From Monocercomonoides exilis PA203 (lineage: Eukaryota > Protista > Preaxostyla), in contig LSRY02000026.1 of assembly GCA_001643675.2 (NCBI GenBank), forward strand, positions 930,001-994,000: a DNA stretch of 64,000 nucleotides, in the 5' to 3' direction. Positions 1 to 10,149 of the stretch are shown here, piece by piece. The notes under the pieces are model-generated. The model was not told the origin of the DNA, ran no database searches, and saw only the letters and a program-made list of their open reading frames with translations. The position numbers were made by a program, and so were the translations under genes. Within the stretch, counting starts at the first letter, position 1. Each line of letters begins with the position of its first letter.

Positions 1-637
1 TATGTTTTTGAAGTGTTTCGAGACAAAAAGGATGAAATGAAGTGCAGGTCTATTTTTGGAATAAATCCTGTTAAAACTGTTTCAAAAAAAGATGTACAAA
101 AAGTTGAAATAACGAAAAGCATTTCCAATCAAAAGTTAGACAAATTGTTTTAACTGAAACAACCATAATGATAAAAGAATTATTGTTACCAACATTTAAC
201 AATTAACATGAATGGTGAGTGACTGATGCAGCACAGCAAATGAAAATTTCAATATTGTTAGATGTGTTATATACTGATGTATGAATGCGTGAATTATTAT
301 AATTTAATTTTTTAAACTTGTCGAGATATATGAATTTTAATAAAAAGTCCGGGTTTTTTTACCATGTTCTGGGTTTTTCACTCAATGTAACTCTATTGTT
401 GTAAATATCAATGTTATTAGAAATTAAAATTCGAAACATACATAACTTTTCATTTTCACATCACCAAATGTTGCAAATAACTGAACAAATTTGAAAGGTA
501 TTTTGTTCTTGATATTTTGTGATTCTAATCTTTTGATCTGATACATAATATATGTTAATTAATTCAATTTTTTTTTATTGACATTTTTTCCCTTGTTCAT
601 TAAAGAGATCAGAGAAAACGAAACGGTGAGCGATAAA

Positions 638-2194
638 ATGGAAAGCGAAACACACATCCAAAAAGAAAAGAGCGACCTTTCAAAGAAGTTCGAGGGAGGC
701 TTGACAATGGCAATGATATGGATTACAACTGTGAAGACAGATCCGCCCGAGTGGATGAGACATGACATTACACTTTCTCAAAATGTTGGTTGGACAATGG
801 CTATGATCTGGATCACAAACGTCAAGAAAGAACCACCAGAATGGATGAGGCATAAGATCACATTGACTGAAAATGATGGTTTAACGATGGCTATGATGTG
901 GATAATTTTTGTCAAGACAGAACCTCCAGAATGGATGAGACATGACATTACTCTTGCTGATAAGGAAGGATGGACAATGGCTATGAGGTGGATTTCAAGT
1001 GTTAATACTGAGCCACCCGAGTGGATGAGACATGACATTACACTTTCTCAAAATGATGGTTTAACGATGGCTATGATGTGGATAATTTTTGTCAAGACAG
1101 AACCTCCAGAATGGATGAGACATGACATTACTCTTGCTGATAAGGAAGGATGGACAATGGCTATGAGGTGGATTTCAAGTGTTAATACTGAGCCACCCGA
1201 GTGGATGAGACATGACATTACACTTTCTCAAAATGATGGTTTAACGATGGCTATGATGTGGATAATTTTTGTCAAGACAGAACCTCCAGAATGGATGAGA
1301 CATGACATTACTCTTGCTGATAAGGAAGGATGGACAATGGCTATGAGGTGGATTTCAAGTGTTAATACTGAGCCACCCGAGTGGATGAGACATGACATTA
1401 CACTTTCTCAAAATGATGGTTTAACGATGGCTATGATGTGGATAATTTTTGTCAAGACAGAACCTCCAGAATGGATGAGACATGACATTACTCTTGCTGA
1501 TAAGGAAGGATGGACAATGGCCATGAGGTGGATTTCAAGTGCTAATACTGAGCCACCCGAGTGGATGAGACATGACATTACACTTTCTCAAAATGATGGT
1601 TTAACGATGGCTATGATGTGGATAATTTTTGTCAAGACAGAACCTCCAGAATGGATGAGACATGACATTACTCTTGCTGATAAGGAAGGATGGACAATGG
1701 CTATGAGGTGGATTTCAAGTGTTAATACTGAGCCACCCGAGTGGATGAGACATGACATTACACTTTCTCAAAATGATGGTTTAACGATGGCTATGATGTG
1801 GATAATTTTTGTCAAGATAGAACCGCCAGAATGGATGAGACATTATTATTCTCTGAAAGATTATAAAGGGAATACAATGGAAAATTTTTGGATTTTTATT
1901 GTCAAGAAAGAACCTCCAAAATGGATGAGACGAGTCTTTAAAGTTGAAGATAAGGCATGTCAAACAATGGAAGATTATCAAGAAGAATGTACATGGAGAG
2001 AGATTCCTGAATTGAAGAAATATGATGATTCTGATGCTTGTGCAGCTTGCCCTGCTGAAAATGCTGATGATTCAATTGTCGCTGATGATGATGATGAAGG
2101 ATTTTTTGAGGTTGTGCTTAATATTAAGGAATTATTGAAGAACAGTCAGTTCAGAAATGGTAAGAAAATACACATTAAGATGAAGATCGAATAG
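638..2194 (+). CDS. Intronless tandem-repeat protein: 14 units of 30 aa (consensus MAMxWIxxVKTEPPEWMRHDITLxxxxGxT) plus an acidic C-terminal tail
   Basis: The ORF track starts at TTG 578; the first in-frame ATG is 638. The frame stays open through all repeats. The DKEGWTMAM segment resembles the ankyrin DxxGxTxLM turn, but the family is not recognised. Confidence 0.8.
   Translation: MESETHIQKEKSDLSKKFEGGLTMAMIWITTVKTDPPEWMRHDITLSQNVGWTMAMIWITNVKKEPPEWMRHKITLTENDGLTMAMMWIIFVKTEPPEWMRHDITLADKEGWTMAMRWISSVNTEPPEWMRHDITLSQNDGLTMAMMWIIFVKTEPPEWMRHDITLADKEGWTMAMRWISSVNTEPPEWMRHDITLSQNDGLTMAMMWIIFVKTEPPEWMRHDITLADKEGWTMAMRWISSVNTEPPEWMRHDITLSQNDGLTMAMMWIIFVKTEPPEWMRHDITLADKEGWTMAMRWISSANTEPPEWMRHDITLSQNDGLTMAMMWIIFVKTEPPEWMRHDITLADKEGWTMAMRWISSVNTEPPEWMRHDITLSQNDGLTMAMMWIIFVKIEPPEWMRHYYSLKDYKGNTMENFWIFIVKKEPPKWMRRVFKVEDKACQTMEDYQEECTWREIPELKKYDDSDACAACPAENADDSIVADDDDEGFFEVVLNIKELLKNSQFRNGKKIHIKMKIE
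871..1845 (+). repeat. 180-bp coding tandem repeat (dimer of two 90-bp units), ~5.4 near-identical copies
   Basis: The lines at 901, 1081, 1261, 1441 and 1621 are identical. The copy at 1501 has two substitutions (one synonymous, one V->A). Diverged 90-bp units flank the array on both sides. Confidence 0.97.
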
Positions 2195-5100
2195 CGAAGG
2201 GAATCGGGACGATTTATTTGCTGAAATGAGATATCTTGCCATCACGAATGAAACTATGCATTGCATCTGGAAATGAATACGAGATTGCGAATATTAAGAT
2301 AGAGGCACCAGAAAGGATAAAAACTGAATATTACAAATGAAGGTTTGCTTTATTTGCATTGAAGATATATTTGTTTTTTCAATGATTTGAATAAGCAAAC
2401 ATGTTTGATTGAATATCAAAAAAAAGTACATTTTTCTCATTTATAAAATTTATGACTCTTCTTTTATTATTTTTTGAGTCATTTTGACTCTTTCGAAGAA
2501 TAATAGGATAGGATTAAAACGAATTTCATTTTGATCTCTTTGATTTTTCTTTCGATTGAGTTTTCTCCTTATTACAACATTAAAAGCTGTTCATTTTAAT
2601 TTTTTAAAAAGCTTTTTCATTTCAATTTTATTTATATTTTTATTTTTACATTATTTTTTTCCGGTTATTTTGAATTTTAAAAGTTATCAGACCACTTTTT
2701 TATATGATTTTTTAAATATTTAAAGATATACTCAATTCAAATTATATTTTTTTTTCTTTCTTTTCTTTTCTTTCTTGTTTTTTTATTTAATTTACCAATC
2801 TGACTGAAATTCACTTTACTATGTTGAAAATCAAATGGGAATTTTAATGATTTGGAGTTGAGAGTATTGTTATTTTTTTGAATTTTTATGCTTTGGCTGT
2901 TGATTGCTGTTATTTTCATTTTCATTTGATTAAAATGTTATGTACTGGTTAATAATTGGCTTAATAAAAGGTGAAATTGATTCTTATTTGTTCATTTTTG
3001 GATATGTGAAGTGTTTCAAAGGAATTTTGAGCAAACAAACAAAATCTTGTGTGCTAAGTTTCTGATCCAATCAAAGATTCAAAGTCACAAAGAAATGAAA
3101 AAGGAAAACTGAAACAAAAACCATCAAGGAGATAAAAGTCAACCAAGACAAACAAGATAGAACTTTTCCATCAAAGCATTGATTGCTTCAGCTTTGTTGC
3201 TTTTCTCCAAAACAAGGCAAAATATGAAATGAGACAAACTTTGCGAAACAACAGATCGAACTTACGAACCGGATTCACAAATGAACAACCAATTCTTTGG
3301 AAAAGGAAATCATGGATGAAGTGGAAGTTGAAAAGCAAGGATATCGTTTCAGAGGGGTGTGACCAACGAAAGAGAGAAAGTGATAATTAATAATTTGAGG
3401 ATCTGAACGAACACGACTGAGTTGTTGTTGTTTGATGACTTCATGACTTGTTGAATTGACTGAGCGGATGAAGAAATGGAAGTTCAGGAACGAGAAGATG
3501 TGTTCTTCCTTCTTCAATCAGTTGGTGATCCTTAACGAAAGAATGCTTATCGACATTCAAAAAAGGCGGAAGTCATTTTTCTGCACAAATTCACCTTTCG
3601 CTGTAGTTGGATTCAATCACTGCACTTTGGTGAACTTCTTCTCTTATCTCTTTCTCTTTCAATCTTTTGATGCTCAGAAGAAGTTACACAGAAACTGCTT
3701 GTGGAATGAATGCAGAAATCCTTTCAACGCCAAACAATATAAACAGCAACGATATGATTTGCAAAAGAATGCATTAAAATCCATATTCGTTACAACTCCG
3801 GTTAAGATTAAAAAAAAGACAAGTTGAGGCCAGCCTCATTTATTGAAGAAAACTAAATGAATGCAGAATTTTTTTTATGGATAAAAAATGCTTCTCTCCA
3901 TCAGTGTTTTCATCAAAAGAATCATTTCATCGAAGTTGATTTCAATTCTGACGTGTGCTGTTGTGGATGGCAAGTTTTTCTGAATTCACCTCTGCAGCAA
4001 CAGCAGAAATGTGTCGAAATGCAATGATGCTGCTTGAAAAGCATTCTTTTTTCAACTGTTCCCTCAGACAAGCCGAAAAAAGAGGTGATTCGATGGAATG
4101 TTGTGTTGGAAGCAGAAAAACGAATGATTGAGGGAGTCCATTGAAAAAAACAACCTCTCTGATTTTGGTGGCCTTGAATTGAAATGTGGAATTTGAAGTC
4201 CAAAAAAGCTTTTTTTTGTTGAATTCAAAGAAGGTTTTATTGATATCGAAGAACTTTGGGAGCTCACCCAAAATGATCATCTCTCAGCTCATTCTTCTGG
4301 AATAGCAGCTGATTCACAAGCGAAATTTCTTTCTTTTCATCATCATCATTTCTAAGAGCAACTGAATTTCAAGGATGCGCCTTCTCAGAGCTAACCAAAC
4401 TTGATTGATCTTGGAAAATGGCTCGTTTTTTCATGCCTCCTCGTCAAATTGTTCAGTCGGATGAAATCAGATGACTTTTGCAATCCAAGGTATTAGACAA
4501 ATCTCAAAAGAAAAAGGGTTCACTGTTTTGTTGATGTTCCATCAACCATGAGTCTCGGAATCTTTGATGTTAGAATTGGGATTCACATGTTTTCATGATT
4601 TGTTCATCTCGCTGAGAATAATTTGGATGTGTTCTTCTGCCAATTTGTAGACATTTTCATCTCTTTCTTTGCACACAATCAGCCATTGCTTTTTGCCTGC
4701 TCATTTCTTTTTGGTTTTCGAATTCGTTTATCTCCAACAGTCTGTCCAGCTGTTTTAAACAAACTCCAAAAACCAGCTCAAAAAATGCAAACTTGGAAAG
4801 CATTCACCATGCAAAAAAAAATCTCTATCTTGCACAGACTTTTCCATTCCTGGAATAGGAGACCAAAATATGAGAAAAATTCTTTTTTCTTCAAGAAGTG
4901 TGCCTGGCTGTTTTTTTTTTGCCTTCTCTCATGTATAATTTCCATCTTTGAATTGAAAATTGATGTCGGCACCGGGATGTAGAATGTCAGCTTCAAGCAG
5001 CATTTTGAATCACAATCCTAAATTCAATCCTTTTTTTGAAGTTCTGTTGGTTTGATCAAACAGAAATAAAAAAGTTGCATTTCTGTCCCTTCCAAGCCAA

Positions 5101-5272
5101 GGACATATGGCTTGTTGAATATTCGATATTTGCGCTTTTTTTGTGAAGAAAAAGGCATTTGTGTTGAAACTGCAATCTTTTCATTCAGAAAAAACAATCA
5201 ACGATGTTTGTATATAAATTTTGCTTTGTTTGCTGAAGTGTTATTATTTTATTCATTTATCCAGAATACATT

Positions 5273-7021
5273 ATGAACAAATATTGTACAGTGCATAATG
5301 TCAAAGAAGAAGAGGATGAAGAAGATTCTTACGATGATGATTTTTACGAAGACGAAGAATTCGAATTAGATCTCAAAGAAATGTTTATAAGTTTGTGGCT
5401 TTATTATTTTGATTCAACTTTCGATGTTTTGTGCACAATTTGATATTTTTGAAGAAAAGCTTTGTGTTCTGGAAGATTGTGAAGAAATTGAACAAAAGCA
5501 GAAAATTGAAGAATTGAATGAAATAATTGATGAAATGAATGAAATTGAATTTAGATCAATTTTCACAGAAGAACCATTCAACAAAATGCACGAAATGATT
5601 GAAGAAAAGAAAATGACAATGGGAAATGCAATTTTGCTGTTGAAGCATGTTGGATGTTTGAATACGCTGAGAGAAATATATGTTTATAGCTTTGCAAGAT
5701 CTTCTTTGAATAAAAGATTTGAAGAGATGATTATTGAAGAAAAAGAGAGAAAAGAAGGAAAGAATGAAAAGCTTCTTGTTGATCTTTGCGAATGCTATAT
5801 TTTTTTCACATATACCATCTGGCCTGAAATGATTTCGATTTGTGTGCCTTGTCTTCTGAAAGCCGCGTTGAAGAAAGAAGAAAAAAAGGAAGCACAAAAG
5901 GAAGTGGAAATGGCTTTACTGGCTTTGAGTTGCATTGATGTGCGTGATGTATGAGTATTTTATTTAATTTAAAAATACGACTGATTTTTCCCCTCTTATT
6001 TTTTGTTAGAATTTGTATATGGGTGATTCTTTTTGAAAAGTCGCAAATGTTGAATTTTCAAATTAATCAAAAATTTCATATTTTGCTAAATATTTTGTTA
6101 ACAAATATCAAACTTCACTTAAATTGAATCTTTTTCTTGATAATGCTATTTCAAACATTCTTGAGAAGATTTGTGAGCTGAAACAGAAATGTGAGCAAAA
6201 TATGAAATTTTTGATTAATTTGAAAATTAAACATTTGCGACTTTTCAAAAAGAATCACCCATATAGAACTTTATTTGAATGAAATAAAAGAGATTATCAA
6301 ACATCATCAGGAACATCATAACCTTTCCCAACTTGCCTATCGATCTGTATGGAAATTTTTTATGGACAGATTATTTTTCGTAAAAAATAAGGAACAAGTT
6401 ATTGAAAATGAGCTGCATTTTGCGAAGGAAGCAACAAGAGAATTGGAAGAGCTGGTTAGGAATTTCCATTGGAAGAGGAAGGAAGAGGAGGAAGGAAAAG
6501 AAAAAGAAAAGGAAGAAGTGCTTGTTTTGATGAGATGGCTTAAAGTTGTTGTGGCTTATTTTTATTTTTGTGAATCGAGGAACGAAGAATGCATTGGGCT
6601 TATCAGAAGTGTTGTTAAATTATTTCGAGCAGCAAAGGATAATCACAGAGAAATATGCGAGGAATGCTTTTATTTATTTAATCGAACTGCAAGCGAAGGA
6701 ATCTTATTTGTTGATTCCTTGTTGAATGGAGGAGCAGTTGATGCTGTTTTGGAGGAGATTCTGCAGCCAACGTTGAATGAGGAAATTGCAGCGAAAATCT
6801 TGATATTTTTTAAGCACATTTCAAAGAAATTGAAAGAAGAGGATAAAGAAGAAAAGGAGAAAGCAAAAAGAAAAGAAACAAAAATGGAATTATTTGAAAA
6901 GATGGAAGAAGAAGGACTTGAAGATTTCGTTGAGAGTTTTCAAAAAATCTTTGGTTTTCTTGACAGAAAATATAATGATGGTTTATCGTTGAATATTTCT
7001 GAATATTTTGTGAATATTTAG
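5273..7021 (+). CDS. Lineage-expanded helical (ARM-like?) hypothetical protein, paralog 1; contains a MITE insertion
   Basis: Predicted exons are 5273-5390, 5455-5948, 6010-6022 (microexon, if the MITE is spliced) and 6267-7021. GT-AG introns 5391-5454 and 5949-6009 have compatible phases. It shares CVPCLLKAAL, QKEVEMALLALS, LYLNEI..II..HQEH and LSLNIS.YFVN with the copies at 48940-50381 and 54355-55752. The start is uncertain. Confidence 0.8.
6021..6260. mobile_element. 240-bp MITE with 67-bp TIRs and ATAT target-site duplication (candidate introner)
   Basis: The left end GGGTGATTCTTTTTGAAAAGTCGCAAATGTT... matches the reverse complement of the right end over 67 bp with 1 mismatch. ATAT lies at 6017-6020 and 6261-6264. 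Removing the element plus one ATAT restores NLYIELYLNE, collinear with the paralogs' KVCEELYLNE and NIKQKLYLNE. Confidence 0.95.
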
Positions 7022-7416
7022 CAAATTTCATTTCATTTGGTTTTTGCAGCTCAAAAATATTGTTTCACTTTACCAATTGTTTGAGAAAATAGTAATATGA
7101 ATCATCAAATTTTTGTTTCTTCAATTTTTTTTCAAATAAAATAAAGGTGTTCTTTCTGCAAAAAAACCAAACAAACATGAATAGGTTTGAAATGAATAAC
7201 AATAATAATGCAGCCAAACCATTTTATCATAGGATAATGATTCAGAAGAAAGAGTTGTCAAACACTGTTGTGAATATCAGACACTCTCAATTTTGAAAGC
7301 CTTTCTATAAAACGATCATATTCTTCATGTATTTGATTATTATTGTCTTTTCTCTTTTCAAAGCCTTGGAAAATGGATTTTTTTCAAACTTCTATCAACA
7401 ATTTATAAATGGATAA

Positions 7417-7668
7417 GGGCTGTTCTTTTTGAAAAGTCGCAAATGTTTAATTATCTGGATCAGTGATATATGTCGTTTTTAAAATATTTCTTTCAATTGA
7501 TCTGTCGAAATTGACTGGGATACAAATCATTTCTTATTAAAATTTGATATTGTTTCATTTTGTTTGAATGCGATTGTCAATAGTTCAATCGAAAAAAATT
7601 CATGAAAAATAAAAAATTTCAATGAACCTGATAATTCAACGGTTGCAACTTTTCAAAATTAATATCAC
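7417..7668. mobile_element. Degenerate copy of the GGG..CCC MITE family (~252 bp)
   Basis: Left end GGGCTGTTCTTTTTGAAAAGTCGCAAATGTTTAATT; right end ...TTGCAACTTTTCAAAATTAATATCAC. The TSD has decayed (ATAA / AAAT). Confidence 0.75.
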
Positions 7669-7744
7669 AAATGACGAAACAAACCTTGTATGAAGAAATA
7701 ACAATTTTTTTTTCAACTTTTCAACTTGACCAATCAAAAAAATA

Positions 7745-9559
7745 TACCTCTGTGACCTGACAAATTGCTTGAAGCCTCGTCTGTCACAAAAAAAAAAAAA
7801 AATAAAATAAAAAAAATAAAAATCAAATAAAAAATTAAAAAATAATTTTTATTTTAAATTAATACAAAATATACTATTGCTAAAACTTTTAAAGACTTTT
7901 CATAGCACTTTGAAAAAGATTTGTTGATAGCATCTCTAATATCTTGTCGTTTTTTCTCTTATGTCAGTGACCGTCAGTGACAATCATTGACAAATTGTGA
8001 CATAAATATTCCTCAACTGACATTTCGTGTCAAATAAAATAAATATGGGGAACTTGATCACATACAGTTTGTCCGGAAATAAAGTTGATCTGTCCGAAAA
8101 AAAAGTAGATCTTACCATCAACAATATCTCAATAGTTCACTTAACATTCAGCATTTTGAAGTGAAGAGTGTTTTTTAATTTTTTTGTGTGTGTGCAATGT
8201 GATTGTTTGCTTTTCTTTTGGGTTCAGCAAGTTGAATAGTGCTTTTTGTTTAACTGTGCACAGTTTTTCTGCAGTTTAAGTTGTTTTTCAACTATTAATT
8301 TTGATGATGTCAATTTTTCTTTGCAAAAGTTCGATAAGAGTATTATTTTCTGAATTTTTTGATTTTCAAGTCGCTTTCGAACATTAACTTCAAGAATTTT
8401 GATTATTAACATGCTGAATCCAATTTTGAATAGATTGACTGAGCTTTTTTTTTACAAAACGTATTTTTATCGATTGAGCGTATTTTAAACTGTTTTTTCT
8501 TTTATTATCTCTTCAGATTTTCAGAATATAATTGATTAAAATTTTTAATTGGAAATTATATTCTTGTTTAAATTTATTTTCAAAGAAACATCAAAGAACA
8601 AAAACATTATATTTCTCTAAATTTTGTATTGGAACAATTTCGTTGTGCATAATTGAATCATATAAACGCAAAACTCAAATAACATGCTGAAATTCTTTCA
8701 TTATATCTTATCTTTCAAATATACAAAGCCATTTGACAGTTAAAAAAAAGCACAAATTAAAACAAGTTTGAAAACATACAGATAATTTGATGAAAAGTTT
8801 TGAGAATTAATTTCTTTGAATGAAAACAAACAGCTCCAGTATCCTACCGAGTAATACTCAAATGAAAAATAAAGGTAATCGCTGCGCTGTAACAAAATTT
8901 AAATTCGAAAGAAAGTTTTCTTGTATCAAAAATTTTGGATATTTTTGAAAGGTAGGAAAAATTAGATAATTGGAATTAACAACAACAACTATTTGAAAAA
9001 AAAAAATATCACAGCATCCAACAAACATTCAGAAGATACCATTTCATCATTTTATTATTATTCCTTGTTTTCAAACAATAACTTTGTAAAATCATTTTAT
9101 TCAGTAAATATTCATTCACCATTAAATTCAAAACAAATCTAGAAATTGTTGATATTCATATGAAAAGAAGTGAATGATCAGTGTTTTGAAGTATCTTACT
9201 GTTGTCATTTTGTTTATCAACTGTTTTTTTGAAAATTTGAAGTTTCAAAAAAACATAAATAAACAAAAAACTGTAAAACAAAAAATGTGACATTCAATAT
9301 TGGGTGAATAAATGAGATATTGTTGATGGTAAGATCTTCTTTTTTTTTTGGACAGATCAACTTTATTTCCGGACAGACTGTAAATAAAAAATTTGATGAT
9401 TTCAAAATAAAAAGTATTATTTCTTGAAGATTTTCAAAATAATTATTTTTGTAATTAAGAATTATGAAATCGTTATTAATAACCCTTTTTGCAAATCATA
9501 AATATCTTGTCAGTCATTTTGTCATTTTTTCAATTTTCTCTTGTCATGTCACAGAGGTA
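7745..9559. mobile_element. Non-autonomous TA-TSD DNA transposon (outer element, ~0.5 kb without its insert)
   Basis: TIR TACCTCTGTGAC(C/A)TGACAA at both ends. TA at 7743-7744 and 9560-9561. Many subterminal TGACA/TGTCA motifs. Confidence 0.8.
8065..9380. mobile_element. Tc1/mariner-like non-autonomous element (1316 bp) nested in the element above
   Basis: ~70-bp TIRs CAGT(T/C)TGTCCGGAAATAAAGTTGATCTGTCC...AGATCTTACCATCAACAATATCTCA. TA TSD at 8063-8064 and 9381-9382. A CAGT start with TA TSD is typical of Tc1/mariner. No transposase ORF is visible. Confidence 0.88.
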
Positions 9560-9897
9560 TACAAAAAAATATTAAAATAAAAACATTTAGCTGTGTTTTG
9601 AAAATCCACATATCCATTTGACTAATTCAACACAAAACCATAAATGTCATTATTTTTTCCTTTTGAGGTTTATTCATTTATTTCTCTTCAAATTGGAAAA
9701 ACAAGAGTGAAATGTTAAAACAACATTCTCAAAGCTCAGTCAGTGTCTTTTTTTCTTTTTCATATTCCTTATCCTCAATTTCATCTATCATCGTCTTTGC
9801 ACTTCTTCTTTTCAATAAATATTCTTCAAGTCTATTCACTCATCCTCCAAACAACTCTTCCCAATCTTAAACGTTCCTCATCATCAAAATTGCATAT

Positions 9898-10149
9898 GGG
9901 TCATTCATTTTGAAAAGTCACAAATGTTATATTTTTGAGTTTTATTTAAATGTTCCTTGTTTGATCATTTTTTGTAATTAATCAGTCAGATTTCTCCAAC
10001 ATTCACTTTTTTTCTCATCAAATATGTTTGTGAATTCTATTTGTATATGTAACAATGTTTTTAGCATTTAAAGCAAAAATGATCAAAAAATAAACAATTT
10101 TTTTAAACCCAAATATTATGCATATGCGACTTTTCAAAAAGAATGACCC
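9898..10149. mobile_element. GGG..CCC MITE family copy (252 bp) with intact ATAT TSD
   Basis: GGGTCATTCATTTTGAAAAGTCACAAATG...CATATGCGACTTTTCAAAAAGAATGACCC. ATAT at 9894-9897 and 10150-10153. Confidence 0.9.

Noticed and set aside
871-1845. CRISPR-like repeat array
   Set aside because: No unique spacers. It is an in-frame coding tandem repeat in eukaryotic DNA.
3840-4700. Long - strand frame interrupted only by TGA codons (possible UGA recoding or organellar-code insert)
   Set aside because: TpA appears scarce in such regions, so TAA/TAG are rare by chance. Real genes here (ZMAT2, Fused, importin-like, paralogs 2 and 3) end in TGA. The read-through protein is unrecognisable.
9898-10149. Second MITE copy as an intron
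   Set aside because: It has GT at +3 but no AG after the TSD in either orientation, and the surrounding sequence has no intact frame.
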